From a virus (Duplodnaviria > Caudoviricetes), in IMG/VR virus record IMGVR_UViG_3300028832_000004, positions 1 through 64,000 of that record: DNA of 64,000 nt. One strand, 5' to 3'. Position numbers and translations under genes: made by a program. How positions within the stretch are numbered: position 1 is the first letter of the stretch; each line of letters opens with the position of its first letter. Of this stretch, positions 18,827-29,033 are shown piece after piece. Under the pieces are notes generated by a model, which made no database searches, was not told where the DNA came from, and saw only the letters and a list, made by a program, of their open reading frames with translations.

Positions 18827-21283
18827 TTACCATGCCTGAGTTGCCGCTATTAAATCTTCGCGCAACTTATATACGGCATCGATTGCATCCTTTAATTTTC
18901 CGGCAAACTCATTCATTGCGGTGAATTCAATGCGGACGGATTCGCCATCATTCTCAGGCAACTGTCCTACAAAGTGCGGGCCATTCCCGGGGCCATCGGC
19001 AACAATGCCGAATTGATTCAGCAAGTCATTTAGTTCCGCACGGCGCTTGCCGCCATCACCGCATAATGTGGTTAACGAATCTGCAAGCAGCCATAATTCA
19101 TGGATTAAATCCATGACGGACCATTTTTCAGGGTCAACGTGCTTGGGCCATCGCGGGATCACATTTACTGTCAAATCATACTTATATTGGGTGCCGGTCG
19201 CCGGATCCACGGCATCCACGCGCTGAAGGCTGGCGAAGCTAGGCATCTCAGTGCCAAACATCTGCGCCGATTCCGGAACCATTGAAACGGTACATGTCTC
19301 GCTCGGGAAAATATGCACGGTATAGCTTTCGGACCCGCGAGATATTGTCTCGGACGCGGCCGCATTGCATGTTACAATATATTTCAGGAACCCCGCCCTG
19401 ATTATATTGTCGGCGAACACCACCTTCGATGGATTATCCTTCCGATAATAAATGCGATATGATCCTTTGATACGCGCATATTTTTCCATGAAATCAGTGT
19501 ACTCGACAACGCGATAATCCCATGGGCACATTTTAAGAAGATTCCCGTAAACGCCGATGGTTGCGAATAGCGGCTGGCGGCCGCCATCGATACGGCGCCC
19601 CACCTCCGCATCCACGTCAATTTCGGATGCCAACACCTTATTTGCCTCGGTATAGAAAACCCCGGCGGCTGCATTTATTGCATCTATGGCGCCGGTATAT
19701 AGCATGAATGCGGCGGATGTGTTTTCATCAAGAGGCCGTGCCGTAAATACGCTATACGGCCCAAACATTTCCGGGGTAGTTTCCCCTTTTTCTATTACGG
19801 CGGTCAAGGCAGGCAACTCAGATTCGGTAGCCACCTGCGCATAAAAATTCTTTAAATATTTAATTAGCGGGGAAGACTCCCCGATTACATTGAAACCGGG
19901 TATAACATCCGGGGCGGATGGATCCACAACATCCCGATATGCGCCGGTCAATGCAGCCACCGCATTTCCAAACTTAACAAACGATTCCAATTCAGCCACA
20001 ACATCATAACAGGCGGCGGTGGCGATGACATCCGGGGTTGCGCCTTGCTGCCCGGTAATGACGGACCACCACTTCCCTACATATTGGGCACTGTCTTCGC
20101 CATTCTCGGCGAGCATTGCAGTAATGGCGTCATCGCGCCGGGCGCAAACATCCGCATTCCCGAGATCCTTTTCAAGATCCGCCAACGCGGCATCCACCGC
20201 CGCATATGCGGAAGCCAAGGCATCCGTCATTATTTCAATCGGGTAGCTCTCATTCTTTCCGGTATAGAGCTGGGAAAAAGTATGCCCCACGCGTAGTGGG
20301 GTTCCGAGCGGATGATTGTGCTTGCGCCTGCCGAATCCGGCAGTAAACTTTCCTCCGGTCAATTTGCGGGATGCGGCGGATAATAATTCATTTACGCTTG
20401 TTTCATTTGTGTAATTGCTGCGCCAATATTTGTAGGCCTTTTGGAATGCGGCACGCGATTTCGACGTAAGCACATCCCACGTCTCCGGATTATCATAGCT
20501 AAAGCGGCTAGTAATTTCCTGTATGGAATAATGCTCGTAATCGAAAACCGGAATAGGCATCGGGGCAAATGCGCCGGGGCCCGGAGCCGGATTATACTTA
20601 TCCAGTCCGGTGTTCGCGCTTCCGGGGAGCTGCCCGTTATCCACCGGCTTGTAATAATAAGCGCACGTTACCTGAGGGCAAATGCTGTCTGTTAATGGGA
20701 GCCAAATTTCCTTCGCATAGAGCCATCCCCAAAATTGGGTGAGCTGCGTTATGTATGACTCGAAATGCATAAGGCCATCTGTCATTGAAATTAACGCATA
20801 TATGGTCCCCTTGATCGCCCCCTTGAGATTGGACGTAATATCCGCCCCAATCGATGCGCCTTGAGTTGACATTGTGGCAAGGGTATCCCAAAGGACCCAA
20901 TAATTGGCCTCCCCCGCATAACGGCGAAGAACAGGATTGGAATTCAGCAGGTCAAATGCGGTCTTCATTATATCAAGATTCAACCCCGCCGCAAAGCTTG
21001 CACCGGCATCATTCATTTGCCCAAGTATTTCCTTATACTTGTCCGCGATCTTCTTGCAGCGCTCCTCAATCTGCCGAACTACCCCGCCCATTTTCTCAAG
21101 GACATTTGCCTTGCCGCGTATCACATACTTCAGCGCGTCAAACATCGTATCATAGACGGCGCATGCGGTGTCAATAACAGGGCCTACGAATTTGTTATCG
21201 CGGTGATCCTCCTGCATGGACTGATCATCGATATACTTATCATCCGGGGTATCGTCCCCTAAAATATTCCCGATAAAACTCAT
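18827..21283 (-). CDS. large hypothetical protein, probably virion
   Basis: 818 aa ORF upstream of the fibre genes; no recognisable motif. Confidence 0.65.
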   Translation of the reverse strand: MSFIGNILGDDTPDDKYIDDQSMQEDHRDNKFVGPVIDTACAVYDTMFDALKYVIRGKANVLEKMGGVVRQIEERCKKIADKYKEILGQMNDAGASFAAGLNLDIMKTAFDLLNSNPVLRRYAGEANYWVLWDTLATMSTQGASIGADITSNLKGAIKGTIYALISMTDGLMHFESYITQLTQFWGWLYAKEIWLPLTDSICPQVTCAYYYKPVDNGQLPGSANTGLDKYNPAPGPGAFAPMPIPVFDYEHYSIQEITSRFSYDNPETWDVLTSKSRAAFQKAYKYWRSNYTNETSVNELLSAASRKLTGGKFTAGFGRRKHNHPLGTPLRVGHTFSQLYTGKNESYPIEIMTDALASAYAAVDAALADLEKDLGNADVCARRDDAITAMLAENGEDSAQYVGKWWSVITGQQGATPDVIATAACYDVVAELESFVKFGNAVAALTGAYRDVVDPSAPDVIPGFNVIGESSPLIKYLKNFYAQVATESELPALTAVIEKGETTPEMFGPYSVFTARPLDENTSAAFMLYTGAIDAINAAAGVFYTEANKVLASEIDVDAEVGRRIDGGRQPLFATIGVYGNLLKMCPWDYRVVEYTDFMEKYARIKGSYRIYYRKDNPSKVVFADNIIRAGFLKYIVTCNAAASETISRGSESYTVHIFPSETCTVSMVPESAQMFGTEMPSFASLQRVDAVDPATGTQYKYDLTVNVIPRWPKHVDPEKWSVMDLIHELWLLADSLTTLCGDGGKRRAELNDLLNQFGIVADGPGNGPHFVGQLPENDGESVRIEFTAMNEFAGKLKDAIDAVYKLREDLIAATQAW

Positions 21284-21720
21284 CTATGCATATCCCCGCG
21301 GCGCATAAGGAATGAAATATAGCCATAAATGTGCTTACAGCAGGTTACAATATGTTCCGGGTTTGCCTCGCGCCCGGTCTTGGTAGGCTTCTTGGTATAG
21401 CGCGTATACAAGGCGGCGCCGTTTTGATGAAGCAGCTCATTGTTACGGAATACATAGGTGGGGCAATTACAGTCCACCTTGCATGGGCTGGAAAGGGTAT
21501 ACGCGCCGGAGCGATCGCGCCCAAGCTTAATGATTACTTGATGGACCCCGCCGGTTGCGGAGCGAAGCGTTGCGGTAAACGTCTTTGCGGTTTTTTCCTT
21601 GTCCTCTGTCGCATCCGATTTAATGACGGTACAATTAACCTGAGATCCATATAATTTATTGTAATTGTTCAGGAGCCCGCCCAATGTCAATTTCGAGGTT
21701 ACGCCTTCATTCAGCTGCAT
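21280..21720 (-). CDS. SWIM zinc-finger protein
   Basis: VDCNCPTY...CCKHIYG. Confidence 0.75.
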   Translation of the reverse strand: MQLNEGVTSKLTLGGLLNNYNKLYGSQVNCTVIKSDATEDKEKTAKTFTATLRSATGGVHQVIIKLGRDRSGAYTLSSPCKVDCNCPTYVFRNNELLHQNGAALYTRYTKKPTKTGREANPEHIVTCCKHIYGYISFLMRRGDMHR

Positions 21721-21722
21721 AT

Positions 21723-22580
21723 TTATTCTCCTTTCACATACCCTTCATCCGTGTAATAATAGCCATCGCGGGCAAAGGTATAATTCAGTGTTTTGTCGGT
21801 GTCAAAGTATCCTACCACAATTCCGCCAGGGCTCATGTAGATGGAATCTCCACGGCTGACCCGGACCGTGCCTGCCACATCCGTCCCGGACTCTGTGCCG
21901 CTTCCGGATGGCTCGGGCAAATCTTCCACCACGGTAGGCTTATTTACTATCGCTGCAACATCATTCTTGAATGCAAGCCAGCCGTCAAAGGCGCCGTCGT
22001 TGTTGCACCACATTGCAGGGCAAAGCTTTCCGCTTATGTGATGATGCATAATCAAATTGCGGAGCGGGATGCCAAACTCATCTAGAAGCCATGCGGTCAA
22101 TGCCACCAAATTTGAATACGTTTCATTCGGGAAGTAAAAGTCGGTGTCCATATAGGCATTAGGGCGGCCGCTCACGGGGGTACGCTTGGACGAGCAGGCT
22201 TCAATGTTAATCGTATTAACATTCCCCGCCAGTCGGAGATGCGTGCATGCATATGGGCTTGGATGCCCGTTTGCCTTTTCATAAAACTTCATATGATCAT
22301 CGCACGCCTTTGAAGCGCAGGCATATTGGCATGAATACTTCTTGGGATCCACGCACTCGTAAATGCCACCGGAATCGACTATATAATGGGTATTCCCGCG
22401 GGAAGCCTTGGGGCGCTTGAGCCACGATTTATAGGTGTCCGCCGCGTTCCATCCATTACCCGATCCGGTAAAATGGATTACTACGAATTCCGGCGCGGGC
22501 GCCACCTTTCCACGCCCCCATCGGGCAATGTGCCAATCGATTGAATATGTGTGACGGATGCTGGGCTTCTCTACGGTCAT
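21723..22580 (-). CDS. N-acetylmuramoyl-L-alanine amidase (Amidase_2), endolysin
   Basis: VVIHFTG, THYIVD, INIEAC, IMHHHISGKLCP. Confidence 0.88.
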   Translation of the reverse strand: MTVEKPSIRHTYSIDWHIARWGRGKVAPAPEFVVIHFTGSGNGWNAADTYKSWLKRPKASRGNTHYIVDSGGIYECVDPKKYSCQYACASKACDDHMKFYEKANGHPSPYACTHLRLAGNVNTINIEACSSKRTPVSGRPNAYMDTDFYFPNETYSNLVALTAWLLDEFGIPLRNLIMHHHISGKLCPAMWCNNDGAFDGWLAFKNDVAAIVNKPTVVEDLPEPSGSGTESGTDVAGTVRVSRGDSIYMSPGGIVVGYFDTDKTLNYTFARDGYYYTDEGYVKGE

Positions 22581-22592
22581 ATATTCAATATA

Positions 22593-22748
22593 CTATTTTT
22601 TAGAGTCATCCGGTGCGGACTTTATGGGGATGATATATGCCTCCTCATCCTCCGAATTTACACGGACACAATCGATCGGAAGGAACTCGCCGTTCCAATA
22701 AATATATAGGGTGGTACCCTCCGGCATCAATGCCATCTTTTTTCGCAT
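22593..22748 (-). CDS. small hypothetical protein (51 aa)
   Basis: Manual translation MRKKMALMPEGTTLYIYWNGEF..; fills the gap after primase. Confidence 0.45.
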   Translation of the reverse strand: MRKKMALMPEGTTLYIYWNGEFLPIDCVRVNSEDEEAYIIPIKSAPDDSKK

Positions 22749-22759
22749 TGCCCCTGCAT

Positions 22760-23668
22760 TCATAAGCCAAGCTCACTCCGTATACGTGCTATTTCATGCG
22801 GTGCCAAATCGCCTACATCCCGTTTCTTGCCATCCGGCGTAGAACCGAAATCTTCATATGCGACGGACACCTGAACGCCGCATCGTGCCAACTCTTCCGC
22901 GTATTCATGCGCTTCCGCCTGTGCGGCGGGTTCGGGGTCGAAAAAGAAGATCACCTCCTTCCACCGTGTCAGCGACATGATTTGTGCCTTCTTGCAACCT
23001 GTCCCGAATGTTGCCACGGCGCCGGGGCCTAATTTCCATGCATCCACAACACCTTCAACAACGACAACACGGTCCCCCTTTGCAAGATTTCCGCCGTAAA
23101 CAAGATCCTTATAATGCATCAGCGATTTTTTGACCGGGCACACCTTATATCGGTCAACCCCGGGGCATCCGGTCACATCGCGCCCTTGGAAGGATACCAA
23201 CATTCCATCAAAATCATAAATAGGGATAATTATGCGATTCCCATAATTTTGGCCATCGAACGTATCAAACGGATTGGTGCCTAAGATGCCATACTGCCGG
23301 ACAAGAAAATCAGGGTCCAGCCCGCGGCGTAGAAGATAGTTGCGGTGATATGGCAAAAGTTCGCGACCCGGCAATTTAATGGAGGACGCAAACTGTAAAT
23401 GTGAATCAGGCACGGCGGCGGCACCGCCGCATTCCTTTAATGCACGCGCAATTTCGTGCTGAGGACGGGAAGACAATGCCTGAAGCGCTTCCATCGCCGT
23501 GCCGCCCTTGCAGCGCCAACAATGGTAACGGAGTGCATACCGATAAAAGCCCCCGTGTTCACTTGGATCGTCACAGAAAGGGCAATGCACCTGCAACCAA
23601 TTGCCGGTGCTTTTTCCCTTGGTATCATGAGGAATTCCAAGATCGTCGAGAAGCTTTGCGGTATCCAT
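22760..23668 (-). CDS. DNA primase (zinc finger + TOPRIM)
   Basis: CPFC..CWRC, RIIIPI, FQGR, VVEGVVDA, FFDPE. Confidence 0.9.
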   Translation of the reverse strand: MDTAKLLDDLGIPHDTKGKSTGNWLQVHCPFCDDPSEHGGFYRYALRYHCWRCKGGTAMEALQALSSRPQHEIARALKECGGAAAVPDSHLQFASSIKLPGRELLPYHRNYLLRRGLDPDFLVRQYGILGTNPFDTFDGQNYGNRIIIPIYDFDGMLVSFQGRDVTGCPGVDRYKVCPVKKSLMHYKDLVYGGNLAKGDRVVVVEGVVDAWKLGPGAVATFGTGCKKAQIMSLTRWKEVIFFFDPEPAAQAEAHEYAEELARCGVQVSVAYEDFGSTPDGKKRDVGDLAPHEIARIRSELGL

Positions 23669-23669
23669 T

Positions 23670-24167
23670 TTAAATAGTCAATACGAATGGGAAGGTTTGC
23701 TTGACCATCTTTGTTTCCGGGCCGCCCTTGGACCACTGGGTCTTGGGCTTATCCACGGTTTCTTCCACACGATTGTTGAGATACGGCACAACGAGGCGGT
23801 TGACTGTTTCGAGCGCCATTTGGCGTGTGATGGCGAACTTATAGGTATTGGTGCCGCCGTCCTCGCATACCTTGCGGGAACAGCCAATTTCGGACAATTC
23901 CCCATGGAACTCCTGATCGTCAAACGTTACGGTGCACATGCTGTCTTGCGGATACTTGACGCTCCATGCATCCGGGTTAGCGGCGAGCTTTGCATCGAAG
24001 TGGCTGAGGATGGTGGGATACCCCTCTTCCTTCACGGTGAATACAATCTTTTCATAAACGAGAAGATCCTCCTTCTTCGTGAATGCGGAATAGGCAGTGA
24101 GGGCGGCTTCGCCCTCGATTTGGAGTTCAAATGGTTTTGCTTCAGGGGTCTGTGCTTGTTCAGTCAT
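23670..24167 (-). CDS. hypothetical protein
   Basis: AAGGA RBS; 165 aa. Confidence 0.7.
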   Translation of the reverse strand: MTEQAQTPEAKPFELQIEGEAALTAYSAFTKKEDLLVYEKIVFTVKEEGYPTILSHFDAKLAANPDAWSVKYPQDSMCTVTFDDQEFHGELSEIGCSRKVCEDGGTNTYKFAITRQMALETVNRLVVPYLNNRVEETVDKPKTQWSKGGPETKMVKQTFPFVLTI

Positions 24168-24170
24168 GTT

Positions 24171-24620
24171 TTATCCTTTTTTGAAAAGAAGTTGTCCGCG
24201 CGGCTTGGCGGCGAATCCTATATGGATCCATTTAATCGCCTGCTTTGTGGTCAGCGGGTCCTTGCCATCGGCGGTATAGATGATCAACTGGTCGATGTTG
24301 TAATTTTGGATGTTGATGCGGAGGAGGCGCATCAGTGCATCCATATTCGCTTTCGTATTCTTATACGGCTGAATATCAACCGCCATGCCCTTACGGTGTG
24401 CGCTTGTCTTGCTGCCGCCTACAGCAGTGTTTACGGCGGCGGAACGATAACCGGAAGTTACGCGGATGCCCTGCCCATAGGCTTCACGAATTTGATCGAG
24501 CGCCAACGCGGTTTCATGTAACGCAATAAACTCTTCCCAAGTCTCCGGCATGTTCGGAAGCTTGGTGGAGGTAGCCGTCATTTCCTTGAGGGTGAAATAT
24601 TTAGGTAATTGAACGGACAT
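24171..24620 (-). CDS. peptidase M15 family peptidoglycan hydrolase
   Basis: YFTLKEM, VTSGYRS..N..VGG..SAH..G.AVDI, WIHIG. Confidence 0.9.
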   Translation of the reverse strand: MSVQLPKYFTLKEMTATSTKLPNMPETWEEFIALHETALALDQIREAYGQGIRVTSGYRSAAVNTAVGGSKTSAHRKGMAVDIQPYKNTKANMDALMRLLRINIQNYNIDQLIIYTADGKDPLTTKQAIKWIHIGFAAKPRGQLLFKKG

Positions 24621-24655
24621 GTGTAGCTCCTATATGTAAATGGTTCACCCGGATT

Positions 24656-25369
24656 TTATTTATTTTTTTCGGAAGGACTCCAGTAATACTTATGTTGCTG
24701 GAGCTGACAAACGAAATTGCCGTCCGGGTGCGCCAACACGAACTCCGGAATACGATTCATAGTGACCTTACCGAAACTCGGACTGATATAAATCGGTACG
24801 CAATGTGGCAGCCTTTCGCGCAATGCCAATACATCATCGAAGTCATCATCGGCAACCACGCACTTGACAATATCCCATGGCTTCAATAACATAAGATTTC
24901 CCGGGACCATTTTATTGAGCATTTTGGAGCTGGAGCACTTCCAGTCCATAATGAAATGCGTAGATACGGACGCTTCCTGCGAAGTGCGCCATTCCGCCAT
25001 CGCATCCAAAGGCACAGCGCCATTCGTTTCAAAATCAACGTGGAATCCGCTGCCTATAAGCATATTGCCCAGCACCTGCATCCAAGGGACATTTTCGGGG
25101 AGCAGCGGTTCACCGCCGGTAATGGTCACATGATTGATATGGTCACCTGCAAGCTTCACGATGCGCTCATATGCCTCTTCCGGTTGCAATTCAAGCAGAG
25201 GACGGTCATAGTACTTTTCGTACTCGGACATAATCCAACTCTCGCGCGTATCACAATACGAGCATCTCAGATTACACCCATATGTACGGAGGAATATGGT
25301 CGGGCGGCCGGCATGATAGGCCTCGCCGTCAATGGACTTGAAGATATTGATGATTTTGAGTTTGGACAT
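24656..25369 (-). CDS. queE: 7-carboxy-7-deazaguanine synthase (radical SAM)
   Basis: IFKSIDGE, GCNLRCSYCDT, TITGGEP, ETNG, QLQQHK. Confidence 0.92.
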   Translation of the reverse strand: MSKLKIINIFKSIDGEAYHAGRPTIFLRTYGCNLRCSYCDTRESWIMSEYEKYYDRPLLELQPEEAYERIVKLAGDHINHVTITGGEPLLPENVPWMQVLGNMLIGSGFHVDFETNGAVPLDAMAEWRTSQEASVSTHFIMDWKCSSSKMLNKMVPGNLMLLKPWDIVKCVVADDDFDDVLALRERLPHCVPIYISPSFGKVTMNRIPEFVLAHPDGNFVCQLQQHKYYWSPSEKNK

Positions 25370-25485
25370 TTTCTTACCAAAAATTAAAATTTTATATAAA
25401 AATATACGTAACCGTGCTCAATGGCAGTTGCGGTGCTTAAAATCTTTTCAATTAGTTATATTTGTAGGATAACCAAGGGGCAGAT

Positions 25486-26325
25486 ATGAAAAACACTAGC
25501 ACTATCAAAGAAATAGCAAAAACGTTAAAAACAATACAAATAAAAGGGATTAAATTACAGGAGGTGAAAGCATCTATTGTAAGTGTAATGCCATATACCG
25601 GAACTGGCAAATATATCATTGACAGTAATGGGTATATCGGCGCAATACTGCCGGATCCCAATCCTTATAGTTTTTGCCACGATAAAGCCATTTGCATATA
25701 TAATGCAGACTTCTCCACACAAGGCCTCGGAAAAATTTCTATAGTAACTAACGGCGGCGATACTATTGGCGGAAAAAAATACCGCACCGTAAAAATAGGG
25801 AACCAAATATGGGCTGCGGAAAACCTCGATTATAAAATCGAAGGATTCCAAATAGCCACAGATGAAAATCCCATGGAATCCCAGCCACCATTCTCGTATC
25901 CGCAAAATGATATACCGGCATGCCGCTATTATAATAAAAACGAACAATATGCTTCGCCATATGGCTTGCTCTATAATGGGGCGGCAGTTCAATACATCAT
26001 AGATAATGCGGAATCAATATGCCCAGGATGGCATGTTCCCACATACGATGATATGGTGGAATTGTTTAATTTTATAAGCGAGGACGTGAATATCAAGTTG
26101 GCCGCCACATCTACATGGAATACCCCATTTGGCGAAGATACCTATGGGTTTTCTGCCGTGGCTAATGGCTTTTTTGCGGGAAGCTATACCCAAATGGGCG
26201 ATCTATGCAAACTCTACATAGACAGCAGCACGAGTCAAGTTACTTTAGGCCCCGGCACTGTATCGTTAAGCGGCCCAGGACTTAGTGACATGTACTGCGG
26301 TGTTCGCCTTATTAAAAACGCATAA
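25486..26325 (+). CDS. FISUMP (Fib_succ_major) domain protein
   Basis: YRTVKIGNQIWAAENL, YGLLYN, ICPGWHVPT, DTYGFSA, GVRLIK. Confidence 0.85.
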   Translation: MKNTSTIKEIAKTLKTIQIKGIKLQEVKASIVSVMPYTGTGKYIIDSNGYIGAILPDPNPYSFCHDKAICIYNADFSTQGLGKISIVTNGGDTIGGKKYRTVKIGNQIWAAENLDYKIEGFQIATDENPMESQPPFSYPQNDIPACRYYNKNEQYASPYGLLYNGAAVQYIIDNAESICPGWHVPTYDDMVELFNFISEDVNIKLAATSTWNTPFGEDTYGFSAVANGFFAGSYTQMGDLCKLYIDSSTSQVTLGPGTVSLSGPGLSDMYCGVRLIKNA

Positions 26326-26347
26326 TAGGCAAATAATAACCCAATAT

Positions 26348-26374
26348 AAAAGGCGCCCTTGTGGGGCGCCTTTT
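26348..26374. terminator. bidirectional terminator
   Basis: AAAAGGCGCCC...GGGCGCCTTTT at a convergent junction. Confidence 0.75.
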
Positions 26375-26412
26375 AAAATGCTAGGAGCATAGGTCTGCGG
26401 ACTGGTCCTCGA

Positions 26413-26757
26413 TTAGGTGAGTTCGAGGAGATACTTGATGGCGGCGCCGAGCGAGTTCTTGTAGGCGACCATTGCTTCTCGGACCTCGGCGATCGGGCGG
26501 GCGATCGCGACAGGTTCGCCAGTCGGGTTCTGTGCCTTGATATCTTCGTCCCATTCATTGATGCGGGTGCAGATGGCGTCACGATCCTCGGCGAGCTGAA
26601 TGATGCGTTCACTCAAGGTCGGCGGGTTCTTCTTGTCGTTCATGATGTGGTCCAGCATTTCCGAGATTCCACGGGGAAGGCTGCACACGCGCTGCGGGGT
26701 TTCCGGGGTTTCTTGAGCCGCATTCTTAATTTCAGGTTCTTTCTTCTTGCTCGACAT
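26413..26757 (-). CDS. hypothetical protein
   Basis: AAAGGA RBS; start MSSKKKEPE. Confidence 0.65.
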   Translation of the reverse strand: MSSKKKEPEIKNAAQETPETPQRVCSLPRGISEMLDHIMNDKKNPPTLSERIIQLAEDRDAICTRINEWDEDIKAQNPTGEPVAIARPIAEVREAMVAYKNSLGAAIKYLLELT

Positions 26758-26845
26758 AGTTAATCCTTTGCCTATCAGGCGGTTAAAGTTTTTAATCGTT
26801 ATCACACGCGGTTACGCGAAACAACAGCCGGAAAGATTCCCGATA

Positions 26846-27205
26846 CTATTTTTTATCGGGGGAGGCACACCGTCCGGATTTACGGGAATAACGCCAATAT
26901 ACCTCAATGCTGTCACGACGGTATGCGTCCATACGTTCGGCGCATGCATAGGACATTAGAGTTCCGCATTCTTCTACAAGTGCATGGCGGGCCGAAAGTA
27001 TCTTATCATAGCGATATGCCCAATAGCCGGTAGTATTCCTCGCGGAACCCGCCACCATCATCATTACGGTGGAGACGCAACAGATTGCGCCGAATATGAT
27101 CCCCAAGCCATCCTTATTTGAAGGCGTGCATATTACGCCGAAAATCGACACAATACTCATAATTATGAATATGCCACTCAAATCAGCGATGTAATATGAA
27201 ATCAT
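26846..27205 (-). CDS. membrane protein (2 TM)
   Basis: ATGA overlap with the upstream stop; two hydrophobic segments. Confidence 0.6.
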   Translation of the reverse strand: MISYYIADLSGIFIIMSIVSIFGVICTPSNKDGLGIIFGAICCVSTVMMMVAGSARNTTGYWAYRYDKILSARHALVEECGTLMSYACAERMDAYRRDSIEVYWRYSRKSGRCASPDKK

Positions 27206-27837
27206 AGCGACAACCCCACCGGCCCGCATTTGCCATGCTCATTTCCAACAATGGATACGCCATCCTTGATATCGACATGGTAATGCTCGGCTCCATCAAT
27301 CGGGGCGCCGGCAACGTCCGCAACCATCACAACCTGAACCTTGCTTTCAACCGCAAGCAGGTTCAGCAGGTCTCCAAGACGCGTTCTCGCATCGCCACGG
27401 ATGAATTTAAAAGGTTCATCCAAGAAAAGGACCTTGCGATTCTTGGACAAGAGCAGGCAGCAAGTGCGCAGGGCAAACGCGATCACATCCACCACGCCGC
27501 CGCCAGCGGCTTCCAAAGGCGGGACCTTTTCGCCGTTGCGATCGAGCCACATGTCCAGCTCCGCCTGATTGCGGCGCGATTCAAATTTCATCTTGAACTG
27601 GTAGGACCCGGGGAACACAATGTCAAGCGCCGACTGGACGCAGGAGGTGAAGAACGCCGTAAGATCCGCCTGCAATTCATTGGCGATGGTTTGCACCGTA
27701 AGAATTGCCTGCGTGATATGGTCCGAGCGCTTCGTCAGGTCGTCAATGCGCTGACGGGAATCGGCTACTGCCTTGGCAAGCGTTTCGCGCTGCCCTTCGG
27801 CCTTCGCCAGCGATATCAATGCGTTACTAAGTTTCAT
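27202..27837 (-). CDS. SbcC/Rad50-like ATPase, C-terminal half
   Basis: Coiled coil, AAGGGVVDVIAFALR signature, Walker B LFLDEPF. Confidence 0.85.
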   Translation of the reverse strand: MKLSNALISLAKAEGQRETLAKAVADSRQRIDDLTKRSDHITQAILTVQTIANELQADLTAFFTSCVQSALDIVFPGSYQFKMKFESRRNQAELDMWLDRNGEKVPPLEAAGGGVVDVIAFALRTCCLLLSKNRKVLFLDEPFKFIRGDARTRLGDLLNLLAVESKVQVVMVADVAGAPIDGAEHYHVDIKDGVSIVGNEHGKCGPVGLSL

Positions 27838-27863
27838 ATTGACTTATACGGAAAAAGGACAAG

Positions 27864-29030
27864 TTATAGCGGCTTGCCGCAGATAGGGCACGCCTTGCCT
27901 TCAAGTGATGCGGACACCTCCGCCAATTCGTGTTCAGCGGTGTGAATCGAATTGGAAAGGGCTTCCACCTCGTTTACATAGCGGATTGTTTCTTCAAGAT
28001 CGCGGATGCAATCGCCAACATACTGACCTCGCTCAATAAGCGCGTTTGCTGCGCTTATACAGCCGTTTTTCTTGGCGAGCCCTATAGTTATATTCTCCAA
28101 GGTGAAAAGCGCCGGAACGAGCGTATTAACCTCAAAATCGAGCGTGCGGACATCAATGTGGGAGAGCGCATCAATCTTCGGTTCGGCTGCCTGAACGGCG
28201 AGCTTGGAGCGTTCCAGCTTGGCCCCGGCATCCTTGATTTCGTCAAGGTGCTGAAGGCTCATCAGGTCCGCATACAAGACGTCCGTGTTCGGGTAGGAAT
28301 TGATTTTGGCATCCGCGTTGATGAGAACGCATTTGGTGCGCTGAATTTTTTCGTCAAACTGAGCCAATTCTTCCAAAGCGCCCAACGTGGCGATGTCGGA
28401 TTCAAACGCTTCAACAACGCCGCAGATCTTTTCCAGCTCGGCAACCTTTTCTTTGGCGCCATCAACCCAATCATACTTAGCAAAGTTCTTTTCAGCCTCG
28501 GCAAGGCGAGCGTTTTCGTCCTTCAAGGAATTGGCGTTGTCGCGGCTCTTGCCTTTCAATGCCTTTTGATAGGTATCAATTTCTTCAAGGCCGACCAACG
28601 AATTCAGGTAGCGGGCAGCCTCGCCCGGGGTGGCCGAAAGCAGGAACGGCGGATCCATTTGACGCTGAATGTTGACGGCGCCAATGTTAACGGCGCGTTC
28701 AATTTCAACCGGGACTGCGCCCTTCAATGCCTCATAGCGCTCTTCGCCGCTAGCGCCGTAACGGATATAGCCGTTAAACTCCTTCGAGCGGATGCGCGTG
28801 ATGTTGTCAATCGAAACGGAAACGGGGGCTTGGATTTCGCCCTTCTTGTTCTTTGCCCAGTAGGAGGCAAAGGCGGTCCCATCCGGCTTGTTTGTCAGCG
28901 CCCACAGCATGGCACGCAAAACGGCGGACTTGCCGGAATCGCTCACGCCTTCCAAGGAGTTAACCGTAGGGGACAACTCAATTTGGGTTTCCTTGTGCGA
29001 TTGGAAGTTTCGGATGGTTACGTGATGCAT
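27864..29030 (-). CDS. SbcC/Rad50-like ATPase, N-terminal half ending in the zinc hook
   Basis: IRNFQSH, GVSDSGKS, Q-loop NIQRQMD, coiled coil, terminal CPICGKPL. Confidence 0.88.
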   Translation of the reverse strand: MHHVTIRNFQSHKETQIELSPTVNSLEGVSDSGKSAVLRAMLWALTNKPDGTAFASYWAKNKKGEIQAPVSVSIDNITRIRSKEFNGYIRYGASGEERYEALKGAVPVEIERAVNIGAVNIQRQMDPPFLLSATPGEAARYLNSLVGLEEIDTYQKALKGKSRDNANSLKDENARLAEAEKNFAKYDWVDGAKEKVAELEKICGVVEAFESDIATLGALEELAQFDEKIQRTKCVLINADAKINSYPNTDVLYADLMSLQHLDEIKDAGAKLERSKLAVQAAEPKIDALSHIDVRTLDFEVNTLVPALFTLENITIGLAKKNGCISAANALIERGQYVGDCIRDLEETIRYVNEVEALSNSIHTAEHELAEVSASLEGKACPICGKPL

Positions 29031-29033
29031 TGA

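Noticed and set aside
25486-26325. Diversity-generating retroelement targeting the FISUMP gene
   Set aside because: No reverse transcriptase and no template-repeat copy of its 3' end were seen in this window
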